Positions 1-14,263 of a stretch of 64,000 bases of DNA are shown here, piece by piece. The notes beneath the pieces were generated by a model that worked only from the letters and a program-made list of their open reading frames with translations, was not told where the DNA came from and searched no databases. Origin of the DNA: Octopus bimaculoides (taxonomy: Eukaryota); the NCBI RefSeq assembly GCF_001194135.2, contig NC_068991.1, positions 47,198,056 through 47,262,055 on the forward strand, read 5' to 3'. Positions within the stretch are counted from its first letter, which is position 1; every line of letters begins with the position of its first letter. The position numbers and the translations under genes were made by a program.

Positions 1-1640
1 ATGTGTGAAAAACTTCATGCAACTTCTTTTTAGCAAGACTTGATCTGCACACAAAATTTGAAGCATGCACTCACACACAAACAAACTAATCTGTATGTAA
101 AGTGAGTTGGTCATGTGACAACTAATTCTACATGTATACCAGCATTGTAAACAAATGCACATTGATCATGTCATGTGAAAGCAAACAAGACCACTTAAGC
201 AGAATTTGATTCTGTTGCAAAACAAATGTGTTTATAAGACACCTTCTCATAAATTTTTTTTAAATACATTTCTTCTATATGTGTACAAAACATATGTCAG
301 TTCTCTGGCAGCCAGATGTAATCCTAATTTCTATTATATTGTTAATCAATTAGGAGTGGCAATTAAAAAACACAGGTTTGTATCTTTGTTCCATGATGTG
401 TCATAGGAACATACTGTTAGGATATCAATGGTTATGTGGCATTGATTACATGATATATTGATAATGATTACTTCAGCTGAATGATTTAATAAAATGTCGC
501 AAACAGTATTTACTAAAAGCGACAAGTGATTTATATACAGGCCACAGGCTAAGACCAAAATATTATAAACACAAAGAGGACAGGACTTATCTAAAGCTGT
601 AACTTATATAGGTTTAAACAGCACATGGCATATGTGGGTGAGTGCACACATGAGTACACATACACAGATGCTCTCTGTGCTCTGAATTCAAATCTATTGA
701 GATCAACTTCACCTTTCATTCTTTTGGGATCAATAAATAAAAAAAGAGCCTCCATATTGAAGTTGTGTTACATTACTGTACTGTCCTTGTATAAGACAAA
801 TAGGTTACATGAGTGAGACCTGACAGCTATTTCTAGCAGCTCAACAGAGACACCCTCATTGACAAAGCAGTGTTGTGCTGTAGTATAGAAAGAGGAATTA
901 AGTTGTCTGACTGTGGATCAATCTATCGTAATGTGCAAAAGCAGTCCAGAATAAAACTGATCAAAACTTCTCAAAGCCGTTGCATTTATTAAACCAATCA
1001 TTTTCAAATTTTTCAGGATATTTTTCAAAAGATTATTCAAATACAAAATATTGCTATATATTTTAATCTTTTATATCATTACCAATATTTTCTTTTTTTT
1101 TTTTCCTTATCTGTACAACATCTAATATGTTCAACTAATATCAGCAGTTGAATGAATGAATATTCCCATCCAGATGGCTGAGGGGTGACAGAGACCCTCT
1201 CAAACACAACCCATTTGTTGTGTCCACATGCTACTTTTAGAATGAATAATACTGATGGGCTCCAAGTTCTTTCTCTCTGTCACTATTTTTCTAAAAGAAA
1301 TCAGCCATGGTCAAACCTATAGAGGGGTGGATTTTGCTAGGTGTAAAAATGCCCAAATTATTCCATATAATCATGAAAGCACCCCTACAACTACTCCTTC
1401 AAGGAATTGGGGGCCCAAGGCAATGCAAGGTATGAAGATGTATTTGTGAAAATATAGGCACATGCACACACATCCATGCCAACATGGAGCATGTACGTTA
1501 AATGATCACACATACACATGCATGAGTATGAGTGCACAAGCACACACACTTCACTTTTCCCTAAAGAAATAAATATTTTAGGTAAATGCAAAATGTTTTT
1601 CACATTAACACCAAAAAACAGCACTCACTATGTCAAAATA

Positions 1641-2985
1641 TCAGGTCATCCCATAAGTTCTGTCCGAATTTTGAATAAAGAAAACAAGTGATCAAATGCT
1701 ATATTTAATCAACAGTGTACTTTCCCTGATTATCTATGACTTCCTTCCATTTATTTACAAGCTTTTTAATCCCATCAATGTAAAACTCTTTTGGTTTCAA
1801 AGTGAAGAACTCTGAAATGTCAGTTTCGACCTCCTCTTGGCTTGTGAAAGTTATGTTCCCCAAATGATTCTGTAAACTATGAAACAAATGGTAGTCTGAA
1901 GGAGCAAGGTCAGGAGAATAAGATGGATGAGGAATTTTTTCCCAACCAAGCTTTTCAATTTTCTGTGATGTGATCTTTGCAGTGTGGGGTCGCGCATTGT
2001 CCTGATGAAACATCACTCCTTTTCGATTCACTAAAGCGGNNNNNNNNNNNNNNNNNNNNNNNNNNNNNNNNNNNNNNNNNNNNNNNNNNNNNNNNNNNNN
2101 NNNNNNNNNNNNNNNNNNNNNNNNNNNNNCTTCAAATCTTGGATCAAACGCTCTAATTGCTGACAGTAGATTTGAGCATTGATTGTTGCATTAGGTGGTA
2201 ACAATTCAAAGTGAATTACTCCTTTGCAATCCCACCAGATAGAGAGAAGAACCTTTGTCTCATGAAATTCCCTTCTCGGTTGTGGTTGAACTTTTTCCCT
2301 TTTACCAAGCCACTGTTTACGACGTTTAACATTTCGATAGAAGATCCATTTTTCATCACAAGTCTATCCAAAAAGGGTGAAATGAGTTCGCGAGAATGGA
2401 GAGAAGAGCAGATGTCAATTGGAGATTTGCGGTTGCTTTCGGACAATTCATGAGGCACCCATTTTCCAAGTTTAGGAACCTTTCCAAGTAGTTGAAGATG
2501 ACAACAGTTGTATGGTTTGAACTAAGCTTTATTGCCAATTCTTCAACTGACAATGCAGGATTTTCTTCAAGTAATGCCTCAAGGAGCTTATCATCAAACT
2601 CAACTGGACATCCTGTTTGATCTTAATCTTCAAGGTTGAAATCTCCACTTCTGAATTTTGCAAACCCTCTTCTGCAAGTTCTTTCATTCAAGCATTCTTT
2701 CCCATAAACTGAGTGCATATTTCAAGTCACTTCGGCTGCAGAGTTTCCTTTTTTTGTACTCATAAAGCATTATGTGCCTCAAATGCTTTTTGGATACTTC
2801 CATGTTAGAAAGGGCTTTAATCAAATAAATTTTAATTCTATTATTCTGTAAAATATTTAATTAGTTTAAGTGCACACAAATGCATAAAAATAATTTTTAA
2901 TTCCATTAGACATTCTAAAATACTTTTGAATTTCATTCAATTTAAAAAAAAAGTAAAATTGGACAGAACTTATGGGACGGCCTGA
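1641..2985 (-). mobile_element. Mariner (DD34D) DNA transposon, full length, inactive
   Basis: TIR tcaggtcatcccataagttctgtcc / ggacagaacttatgggacggcctga, TA on both sides, 1345 bp. Transposase has WVPHEL (PHEL), HQDNARPH and YSPDLAPSDY with 34 residues between the Asps; contains stops and frameshifts and a gap at 2040-2129. Confidence 0.95.
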
Positions 2986-3568
2986 TACAATCTTTCATTA
3001 AACCAAGAAAATTTATATTGCTATCTTTCTATAAATTGTAACTAAAGCTCTCAAATCACATGCTACCGTCTTAAAAAGTAAAGGAAGGACACATGTGATA
3101 ATGTAGTTTAGATATATTGTGATTAACAAGGATGAGTTGGTACTAGAATGTCTTGATCGTCGATTTACCGGACCAGGACAGAGATACAGTTAAACAACTA
3201 TAACTTAAGACAAGACGATGAGGAATAGGCTGACAAGGGAGTTAACTCCATCAGTTTTATTTCCTTAGTTGAGAAAAAAATTTTTTTTTTTTTTCAATAT
3301 TTTCCTGATAACAGCAACCCATAACATCAAAACTAAACAAACCACAAACATCAACACTGGAAACGTATTTATAGGGTATTACCACTAGCAGACAAGCTAT
3401 ACTGATTAGCAAACGCACTCAATACAGTATCACAAACATAACTCCACTCGAATTGAAACTACACTGTCGTTGTTTGTACAGTTTTTCAATACAAAGGCAG
3501 TCGTTACAAACCTACATTTATAAAGTTGTCACCTTTAAAACAATACTACAAATTCGTACTATCAAATA

Positions 3569-3871
3569 CAGGTATACCCCCAACTTACATTGTTTTTAGT
3601 TACACTGTTTAGTTCTTTCGTTTTTAAAATTTATCAGACATCGCGCCAATCTCAGCGAACGTATTTAAGAGGTTAAAAAAATTATAAACAACTAAAAACC
3701 AATAGCGAAGTGTAAAATCATTTTAAAAAAACACGTGAAGATATAATATAAACAAACCATTTATTGATATAAGCTAATAAATTTTTTTGAATGATTTTTC
3801 GTATCACATCGTTTCTCGAGTTAAGTGGTATGTCTTGGAACCAATTGCCGACGTAAGTTGAAGTATACCTG
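3569..3871. mobile_element. Tigger/pogo-like MITE
   Basis: TA-caggtatacccccaacttac ... gtaagttgaagtatacctg-TA imperfect TIRs, 303 bp, non-coding. Confidence 0.7.
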
Positions 3872-6530
3872 TACTAAGCATTAAGAGTTAGTTCCCTTGC
3901 TGATTGTTTCCAACAGTCAATGAGATTACACCATATACACACTATCTTTAGGGGTGAAGAAATGAGTTGTTCTTCGTTTTTTTTGGGGGGGGGGTCATTC
4001 TAGTATAGAAACGGAAAAAAAAAAGGAATCAAAATGAAAATTTTTCTATAAATAAATAAATAAATAAATAAATACGATATAAAAATTTTACAAATTATAA
4101 TCTCCAAAGAAAGCCAAGCCAAGATTTAGCTTTAAGAAAAGTGAAACATTTTTCTCCTCATAATTCAAAATAACTCCACGGAAGAAGGAAGATGAAAAGG
4201 CTATTAGACTATCTTACTCCAAATACACACACACACACACACACACATGGACGCATGCACACAAACAAAGGAGTCTTGTTTTCAGTAATTAGTGCTGTAA
4301 GATATTTTGGTCAACTGGACTACCTCTCGTTGAATTATAGCCAAATATTCCCGACACTTGTAACCATAACAACATACTCTCGGGCAGACATTACAGAGTA
4401 CAAAGCTGTATATTCAAATTACAAGCACAATAGACAGTTTTCACACAATTTCTGGGTAGATTTTTACATACATACAAACACACACAACAAATTGACAAGT
4501 TGTTGGAGTACTGGATAGATGGCCTTATGATATTCCATTCTGATACTTTGGATTCTGAGTACCATCAATACTAACCATGCTTTTCCTCTTTTCAGGTTTG
4601 ATAAATAAAGTACCACTCCTGTACTGAAACTGATTATTTTCTCACTCTCCCTCTCTCTCAAAAATCAGATAGGTTCAGAGATGGAGAGAGATCTGGCTTC
4701 ACCCAAGCTAAAACTGCTCAAGACATGGCATACATCACAATGGTACCTGTATGTTGAAAGCCCAAGGCAACACACATACACACAAAATTAAACATGCTTA
4801 TACAAAAAATGCAGAAACATATATATGCAGGCTCACATACATGCGCACACAAATACACACTGGTTAAGCAAGTGTCCTGTACAAACCAGTTGTTAGATTA
4901 TCACAAGAGGACTTTACATATCAATCCAGAAATGAGAATGCTATTAATGTGAAGTTTGTGAGTCAGTATGAGTGAGTAGAAGATGGGTTTGTCATAGTTG
5001 AATATTATTTCCTTCTTAGTGAGAAGGAAAAGGAAACATCCATGACATTTTTCTGGGTGGAGAAAAGGAAGGGAAAAATCACAACCCTAGAGGAGCCGTG
5101 CTTAAAGACACCAATTTATTCTATGCTCAGACAAATGTTTGCAGCAAAGCAGTCTCTTCTAAAGGCACCCAAATTTCATGAGATGGTGTCAAACTGAACA
5201 ATGGAACAAGTCTACCATCCAAAAACTGGGACAGTACATCTTATTGGTTCCCATATAGTTCTGCCAAGCCAATTTCATTCACAAAACTTAGATAAACTAA
5301 GGATTATAATAGAAGACAATTAGCCAAGGCATTGTGGAACAATGTGATTACAATGCAAACTTTAACAAAACAGCCCTTCCTGTTCTTAACTGGCTATGGT
5401 GAACCCTAGAGAGAGCTCGTTGTAAACTCTTCTTTGAACAAAATTAGTCTGAAGGTGATAAAGGCAGTCACTTAGGTCAGACAGCTGAAGAATAGTTTTT
5501 TTTAAATAGTTCTGAAGGAGGTGCTTTGCCAAAAGCAGTTAAACCTATGGAGCCCAAATACTTTACCTGCTTTACAATCAAACTGGCCAGATCTGGCCTC
5601 TCAAACTTACCCTACAATATCATTCTAAAGATAAATAATCACATCATCAAAATCTCAAAGCTAATAGATAAAACATGATTAATTCAAAACAATATGAATA
5701 GATAAATATCAAATCTGACAGAATAATCCAAATACAGGGTTAAGTGGAGTGATGACATTCATTTAGTAAAAGGATTTATATCTCGGACAGTTTGAGCTCA
5801 AACACCTGCAACTAAAAAGACCACCAAGCAAAAATGATGTTTTTAAGAATTTCTTTAAGAAAACTAACATTGTGTGCTTCTAATTTTCATAATTTAATGA
5901 AATATCTGAGTTGATTAATCTATTAAATTCCTTCAACATATACTCTAAAGGCATGTTCATTTGGGTGATGAAAGACCCCCAAAAAAGGTTTCCCTGGTTT
6001 GTTTCCAGAAAAAGAAAATACTGAGAATTCCCATTGCTTTGAAAGTTCTGATACCCATTTTAGATGCCAACATTAAAGCTGAAATATTATATAATTATGG
6101 ACCACCATGTTTCCAATATCTTTATTTCTAAACTTTTATTTGTCTAATACAGGTGAAGATTCGCTAAAGAAGGATATATTTTAGCTTTCTGTCTGCTTAA
6201 TTATTTTCACTTCTAACATCTAGATTTGGATAACCAAGTTATGTATGTTTACCTAAATGTTTATGGAAGTTTAATCTACATTGGTCATATTCCACTGTTA
6301 CATGGTATTTATATATATTTGAATAGATTTGAAAATATAAGAAATAAAAAGAGAAATAAATGAATAAATAAAGAGAAAACAATTTCCAGGGATAAAGCAA
6401 AAGAAATAAGATGTAAAGATTGTGGAGGTGAAATGGAAAGGTAAAAAGAAGCATTGGAAATGGTATAACCAAAAGGAGGGGGGGGGCATCTGAAGTAGGA
6501 AGGACAGCCACCAGAATAGTAATGATAAAA

Positions 6531-6593
<63 letters not shown>

Positions 6594-7361
6594 NNNNNNN
6601 NNNNNNNNNNNNNNNNNNNNNNNNNNNNNNNNNNNNNNNNNNNNNNNNNNNNNNNNNNNNNNNNNNNNNNNNNNNNNNNNNNNNNNNNNNNNNNNNNNNN
6701 NNNNNNNNNNNNNNNNNNNNNNNNNNNNNNNNNNNNNNNNNNNNNNNNNNNNNNNNNNNNNNNNNNNNNNNNNNNNNNNNNNNNNNNNNNNNNNNNNNNN
6801 NNNNNNNNNNNNNNNNNNNNNNNNNNNNNNNNNNNNNNNNNNNNNNNNNNNNNNNNNNNNNNNNNNNNNNNNNNNNNNNNNNNNNNNNNNNNNNNNNNNN
6901 NNNNNNNNNNNNNNNNNNNNNNNNNNNNNNNNNNNNNNNNNNNNNNNNNNNNNNNNNNNNNNNNNNNNNNNNNNNNNNNNNNNNNNNNNNNNNNNNNNNN
7001 NNNNNNNNNNNNNNNNNNNNNNNNNNNNNNNNNNNNNNNNNNNNNNNNNNNNNNNNNNNNNNNNNNNNNNNNNNNNNNNNNNNNNNNNNNNNNNNNNNNN
7101 NNNNNNNNNNNNNNNNNNNNNNNNNNNNNNNNNNNNNNNNNNNNNNNNNNNNNNNNNNNNNNNNNNNNNNNNNNNNNNNNNNNNNNNNNNNNNNNNNNNN
7201 NNNNNNNNNNNNNNNNNNNNNNNNNNNNNNNNNNNNNNNCCTAGTACTTATTCTATTGGTCTCTTTTGCCAAACAGCTAAGTTATGGAAATCTAAACATA
7301 CCAGCACCAGTTACCAAGTGGTGGTGGTGGGGGACAAACACAGACACAAAGACACACACTG

Positions 7362-7404
<43 letters not shown>

Positions 7405-8984
7405 TATATACAAAATATACAACAGGCTTCTTTCAGTTTCCATCTACCAAATCCACTCACTTGCCCAAGGTGTCACACAGTGGGACTGAACCCGGAACTA
7501 TGTGGTTGGGAAGCAAGCTTCTTACCACACAGCCACACCTGCACCTGTGTTCACACGGTTCACACTGATTATAACTGACAACAGTGGAGGAAACCCTTTT
7601 TTAAACTCCATCTTATCACCAAGTATTTGATAATGGCCTTGTTTTAAGGACTTGTCTGCAGATTGGTGAAGGTGTCCTTGGTGTACCTAGGTGGAATTTG
7701 AACACAGAATGCACAGAGCTAGAACATATACCACAAGACATCTCGTCAAATGTTCAAACAATTCTGCTAATTCACTTCCATGAACTCATGCTTTATTTTT
7801 TGACCCCCAAAAGATGAAAGCAAAGTTAGCCTCAGTGGGATTCAAACCTAGTGTATAGAAAATGCTGTGCTCATCTGTTATCTAATGTAATATAATTAAA
7901 TTTTTTAGTCTCAGTAATTTTGTTCAAGAGTAATTTTGATGGAATTTTAGGCCACATTTAAATGTGTATCTATGTATATCAACATGATATATTATGTGTG
8001 CACATGTATATTGACGTGTGTGTGGATCAAAAAAGGAAACACAAAGTAAAATAAAGGATTCCGCTTTTTTTTTTTTTTTTTTTTTTTTTTTTNNNNNNNN
8101 NNNNNNNNNNNNNNNNNNNNNNNNNNNNNNNNNNNNNNNNNNNNNNNNNNNNNNNNNNNNNNNNNNNNNNNNNNNNNNNNNNNNNNNNNNNNNNNNNNNN
8201 NNNNNNNNNNNNNNNNNNNNNNNNNNNNNNNNNNNNNNNNNNNNNNNNNNNNNNNNNNNNNNNNNNNNNNNNNNNNNNNNNNNNNNNNNNNNNNNNNNNN
8301 NNNNNNNNNNNNNNNNNNNNNNNNNNNNNNNNNNNNNNNNNNNNNNNNNNNNNNNNNNNNNNNNNNNNNNNNNNNNNNNNNNNNNNNNNNNNNNNNNNNN
8401 NNNNNNNNNNNNNNNNNNNNNNNNNNNNNNNNNNNNNNNNNNNNNNNNNNNNNNNNNNNNNNNNNNNNNNNNNNNNNNNNNNNNNNNNNNNNNNNNNNNN
8501 NNNNNNNNNNNNNNNNNNNNNNNNNNNNNNNNNNNNNNNNNNNNNNNNNNNNNNNNNNNNNNNNNNNNNNNNNNNNNNNNNNNNNNNNNNNNNNNNNNNN
8601 NNNNNNNNNNNNNNNNNNNNNNNNNNNNNNNNNNNNNNNNNNNNNNNNNNNNNNNNNNNNNNNNNNNNNNNNNNNNNNNNNNNNNNNNNNNNNNNNNNNN
8701 NNNNNNNNNNNNNNNNNNNNNNNNNNNNNNNNNNNNNNNNNNNNNNNNNNNNNNNNNNNNNNNNNNNNNNNNNNNNNNNNNNNNNNNNNNNNNNNNNNNN
8801 NNNNNNNNNNNNNNNNNNNNNNNNNNNNNNNNNNNNNNNNNNNNNNNNNNNNNNNNNNNNNNNNNNNNNNNNNNNNNNNNNNNNNNNNNNNNNNNNNNNN
8901 NNNNNNNNNNNNNNNNNNNNNNNNNNNNNNNNNNNNNNNNNNNNNNNNNNNGGGGAGAGAGAGAGGGGGGAGAGAGAGAGGGGG

Positions 8985-9015
<31 letters not shown>

Positions 9016-10102
9016 CGACATCATGTGATAATTGTAAACAAACATCACCTTCACACAAGCAGTGTTATTCATTTCCAATCATCTGAGAAAACACATCCAG
9101 CTATGGGGGTAAATATTGCCTTGCTTGGAAACAAGTAAGAGTTGGTGACAGGGAGAACATCCAGCCCAAGAAAAGTTGCCTCAAAGATTTGTCTGACTCA
9201 TATAAGTATGGAAAAGTGGATGTTAAAACAATGATGATGATGATGCCATTTGATTCCTCTACACTTAAATCAGAACAATGGAAAAAGGAATCACAAACAT
9301 TTCCACAGGAAGCAGATAATCATAAAATGCACAAGACGAATGTTCGAGTGACTGTTGTGGAAAATAATTTTCAACCCAAATCAAAGAATCACCAGAATTG
9401 TTGGGTTACAACAATAAGGTGTAAGGGAAGGGGATATATACCGTCCACAACACTGACCAACTTTGGTTACTTTAAAGAAATAAAACAAGTCTTAACTACT
9501 GTATAGTCTCTGTGCTACATATTTAATCTGAAAGAAATGGCACCACCCATAATCCATAAGCAATATCACTTGTTCCTTTCCTCCTCCTCCTCAAGGCACA
9601 CCAATTGAGAAATAAAACTGAAAAAGGGACCAACTGAAAATCATAAACGGGAACATATCATAGCCTACACTACACTGGTTTATACACATATATATTAAAA
9701 TACATTATATGTTACAGATATATACAGGGATTAATGCAACACACATTGTGCAAGGGTTAATATAATAATAATAATGTGTGTATGTATGTGTAGACACTCA
9801 CACACATATAGGTTAAGACTTCGTATACATACAAGTTTTAAAAAAGTAATTTGAGGCATAAGCATTAAGCATATGTACAAGGAGTAACACAATACACTTA
9901 TGTATACAGGGGTTAACATACACAAAGGTTTTTTGTAGTGACAACTCACATAAATTGCACAAAGGAGCACAATATACAAGTTACAAATACAAGTACACAA
10001 AAAAGATAAAGAAAAGTAAGTACAGAAAGAAAAGTACATACAAGAAAGACTATTCTTAAAAGGGTACAGGGACCATAGCTCAGAATTACAAAGGATCTAC
10101 AG

Positions 10103-10388
10103 CAGTGATTCCCAAACTTTTCTAGGCACCCAGGCCATGTTCCTGCCCCCCTCTCTGCCCAACACATACACACACCACCACCACTACCTGAAATACAGAC
10201 CATTTTCTGCAGCAAATCCAAAGCAACTGCTTTTCACAAATCTTAATCTACTTAAGCCATTATTTTGTTGATTTTTACATTCATTGCCCCTTTTTGGCCA
10301 CCCCATTATCACCCCCAGTTTTCTTCAATGTTCCCCTGGAGCTTTCCACTGCCACCGGAAGGCATGCTGCCCACTTTCGGAACCACTG
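10103..10388. mobile_element. hAT-type MITE
   Basis: TIR cagtgattcccaaa / ttcgggaaccactg; 8-bp flanks atctacag / ctctacag (7/8 match). Confidence 0.75.
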
Positions 10389-11091
10389 CTCTACAGAGTT
10401 CCAGAAAAATATTTTGCTTACATAAAAAGCTATATGTTTCCCTGCTGTATAGTACTTGTAAAAAATAAAAGTACTTCTAATTGCTACAGTATTTATAAAA
10501 CTGCATGGGACAGTGTTGGTAGTACATTAAAATACACCAAGCATAACTCTATAAAATAATTGGTGCTAGAAAAGCCATCCAGTCAAAGATACCAAGACAA
10601 AAATAGAACCAACAAGCAAAAACATGGTCCTCTGATTCCCAGCTAGGACATCAATAGAGTAGTAGCTCTAAATTTGAACAAACACATGCCTTGATGACCT
10701 ATCTAATCCATTCTAGCATGGAAAGCAGACATAAAAATTATGACGATTTTTTTTTTCAATTCACTGATTTTTCTTCAATTCACAGCAAGTGGTCTCAGGT
10801 GTTGTTTGCTAGAGGGTCAACTACAGAAGCATGTCCAGGTTTTTTGAAATATCTTGATATGTTGTATGGTTTTTGTAAACAAAAAGCCTATTCAGACTGT
10901 CATTGTTCCCCTGTTCACCATACATCTATGTACAGGCGATTCATTGTTCATTAGACAAGGGAGTTATTACTTGACTTGGAAACAGGTGAGAGTTGGTGAC
11001 AGGAAGAACATCTGACTGTAAAGAATCTGCCACAACAAATTCCATCTGAACCATAAAAGCTTGGAAAAGTGAACGTTAAAACAAGTTGATG

Positions 11092-11122
<31 letters not shown>

Positions 11123-11186
11123 TAGTGGTTAGGGAGTTAGCTTCATTGTCATAAGGTTGTGAATAACCCACAACCTTATGATCATG

Positions 11187-11492
11187 GGGTGCGTAGCTTA
11201 GTGGTTAGGGTATTCAGATTATGATCTTAAGGTCATGAGTTCAATTCCCAGTGATGCACTGTGTCTCTGAGCAAGACAATTTCACATTGCTCCAGTTCAC
11301 TCAGCTGGCAAAAATGAGTAGTACCTGTATTTCAAAGGGTCAGACTTGCCAAACACTGTGTCTCATTGAATCTCCTTGAGAACTATGTTAAGGATATACA
11401 TGTTTGTGGAATGCACATTTAATTTCATGAACAGGCCGTTCCGCTGATTGGATCGACTAGAACCCTTGTTGTCCTAACTGATGGTGTGCCAG
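11187..11492 (+). mobile_element. SINE nested in an older SINE head, 11-bp TSD
   Basis: TSD ttatgatcatg at 11176-11186 and 11493-11503. Confidence 0.75.
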
Positions 11493-12085
11493 TTATGATC
11501 ATGAGGCCAACACTCCAACCACTGGGTGGTGTGCCGTGTCCTTCAGCAAAGCACTTCACTTCATGTTGCTCCAGTCTGCTCAGCTACAAACAAGCAAAAC
11601 TAACCAACTACAGGTTAGTGTAGCTCTCTCCCACTTCAGCTGTCACATTCTCAATATTCTGCTTGAACAAGAGTAGAAGAGCCAAGAAGGTGTTTATATC
11701 TGTTTGCAGCTATATAGATATCTAAAACAAATAGCGAAAATATAGAACTTGCTACCAAGTCATGCTTGCTTGCAAGTGGTGGCTTAATACACACACACAC
11801 GCACATTCACAATAGATATCATAAACACCAGCATAACATTCCAGAGTATATGCAGGACTAGTGTTCCAGAATATACACAGGGCTGACATGTACACCAGAA
11901 TATATAGAGGAGTAACCATACACTGGGATAAACAGAGGGGTAAGACAGTACACTTAAATATAAAGAGGGGCAACATAATACAAAAGGGTAGCACAGTACA
12001 CCACAATATAGAAAGAAATAATACTGATACACAAGTATATTTATATAAGCACATGACAGTTAAAATTGCACAAGCAGCAATGTTA

Positions 12086-13424
12086 TCAGGTCATCCCATA
12101 AGTTCTGTCCGAATTTTGAATAAAGAAAACAAGTGATCAAATGTTATATTTAATTGAAATTTAATCATCAATGTACTTTCCCTGATTATCTATGACTTCC
12201 TTCCATCTATTTACAAGCTTTTTAATCCCATCAATGTAAAACTCTTTTTGTTTCAAAGTGAAGAACTCTGAAATGTCAGTTTTGACCTCCTCTTGGCTTG
12301 TGAAAGTTATGTTCCCCAAATGATTCTGTAAACTATGAAACAAATGGTAGTCTGAAGGAGCAAGGTCAGGAGAATAAGGTGGATGAGNNNNNNNNNNNNN
12401 NNNNNNNNNNNNNNNNNNNNNNNNNNNNNNNNNNNNNNNNNNNNNNNNNNNNNNNNNNNNNNNNNNNNNNNNNNNNNNNNNNNNNNNNNNNNNNNNNNNN
12501 NNNNNNNNNNNNNNNNNNNNNNNNNNNNNNNNNNNNNNNNNNNNNNNNNNNNNNNNNNNNNNNNNNNNNNNNNNNNNNNNNNNNNNNNNNNNNNNNNNNN
12601 NNNNNNNNNNNNNNNNNNNNNNNNNNNNNNNNNNNNNNNNNNNNNNNNNNNNNNNNNNNNNNNNNNNNNNNNNNNNNNNNNNNNNNNNNNNNNNNNNNNN
12701 NNNNNNNNNNNNNNNNNNNNNNNNNNNNNNNNNNNNNNNNNNNNNNNNNNNNNNNNNNNNNNNNNNNNNNNNNNNNNNNNNNNNNNNNNNNNNNNNNNNN
12801 NNNNCCAAAAAGGGTGAAATGAGTTCACGAGAATGGAGAGAAGAGCAGATGTCAACTCAGGATTTGCAGTTGCTTTTGGACAATTCATGAGGCACCCATT
12901 TTCCAAGTTTAGAAACCTTTCCAAGTTGTTGAAGATGACGATGAACAGTTGTATGGTTTGAGCTAAGCTTTATTGCCAATTCTTCAACTGATAATGCAGG
13001 ATTTTCTTCAAGTAATGCCTCAAGGAGCTTATCATCAAATTCAACTGGACATTCTGCTTGATCTTAATCTTCAAGGCTGAAATCTCCACTTCTGAATTTA
13101 GCAAACCATCTTTTGAAAGTTCTTTCATTCAAGCATTCTTTCCCATAAACTGAGTATATGTTTCAAATCACTTCGGCTGCAGAGTTTCCTTTTTTGTACT
13201 CATAAAACATTATGTACCTCAAATGCTATTTGGATACTTCCATGTTAGAAAGGGTTTTAATCAAAGAAATTTTAATTCTATTATTCTGTAAAATATTTAA
13301 TTAGTTTAAGTGTACACAAATGCATAAAAATAATTTTTAATTCCATTAGACATTCTAAAATACTTTTAAATTTCATTCAATTTTAAAAAAGGTAAAATTG
13401 GACAGAACTTATGGGATGACCTGA
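12086..13424 (-). mobile_element. Mariner (DD34D) DNA transposon, second copy, inactive
   Basis: Same TIRs (right TIR perfect), TA flanks, 1339 bp, YSPDLAPSDY ORF; gap at 12388-12804. Confidence 0.95.
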
Positions 13425-13713
13425 TAGAGTACTATGACAAGAGGAAGATTTGTAAGAATAATTTCAAATGAGGAGAGGGTTACAACAATGAAGAAAACAA
13501 AAGAAATAAATAGAAGTAAAAATATTAAAAATAAAAAAGAAAATGAATAATGAACAGCAAAGAATTGGAGATATATTGTGCAAGAGTAGGGGATGAGAGG
13601 AGGAGATAAAAGAGAGAGAGACAAAGGGAAATGAAAGAGAATGGAAAGAGAAATGTAAGAATATGATTGTGGGAGAAAGGGTGAGTGTGCGTGTGGTGTG
13701 AGAGAGAGTAGAT

Positions 13714-13825
13714 ATGGAAGAGAGAAGTAGATGGAAGAGAGAAGTAGATGGAAGAGAGAAGTAGATGGAAGAGAGAAGTAGATGGAAGAGAGAAGTAGAT
13801 GGAAGAGAGAAGTAGATGGAAGAGA
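13714..13825. repeat. 17-bp minisatellite (atggaagagagaagtag)n in a purine-rich tract
   Basis: About 6.5 near-perfect units, followed by (GA)n at about 13925-13985. Confidence 0.9.
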
Positions 13826-13924
13826 AAATATGAGAGGAAGGATAAAGTATGAAGAATATAGAGAAAGTATGAAGAGAGGACAAAGAATGAGGAAAAGAGA
13901 TGGATAAATAAATGAGTGAGTGAT

Positions 13925-13988
<64 letters not shown>

Positions 13989-14144
13989 TATGCGAAAGTG
14001 AAGTAAAAGAGAAAATATTAAAAAAAAAAAAGAAAGAAAACAGCAACACTAACAACATCACCACATTGATGCCTTCTATTTCTATAAAGCGGTGTTGGGC
14101 AATGAAGTGGCACAGACGTGGAGGGGACCGTTACACTGACTGAC

Positions 14145-14263
14145 CTGTTGCAGAAGTGTCTGGAAAGACTGGTGCAAAGACATTCGCAGCAAAGTCCTCA
14201 AACATGGTCAGTTCTATGTGTTTCTGGATGATGTTGCCCAGGCATTTAGCACGTTCTTCGTAG
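14145..14263 (-). CDS. RALGAPA1: RalGAP-alpha last visible coding exon ([39 protein letters not shown]); ends at GTCAGT donor or reads on to TAA at 14131-14133
   Basis: Acceptor ctttttccctcag; YEER...FEDFAA.VF.P C-terminal motif. Confidence 0.92.

Noticed and set aside
1-1600. Possible terminal exon or 3'UTR of RalGAP-alpha, or a second gene
   Set aside because: No recognisable coding motif or spliceable in-phase exon was found by eye; unresolved rather than excluded.
6298-9078. Long ORFs of 240-384 aa in the ORF track
   Set aside because: They are almost entirely N-gap plus microsatellite translations; the same holds for ORFs at 12307-12924 and 54942-55547.
13714-13825. CRISPR-like array (also 63855-64000)
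   Set aside because: Pure tandem units without unique spacers, in a eukaryotic intron.
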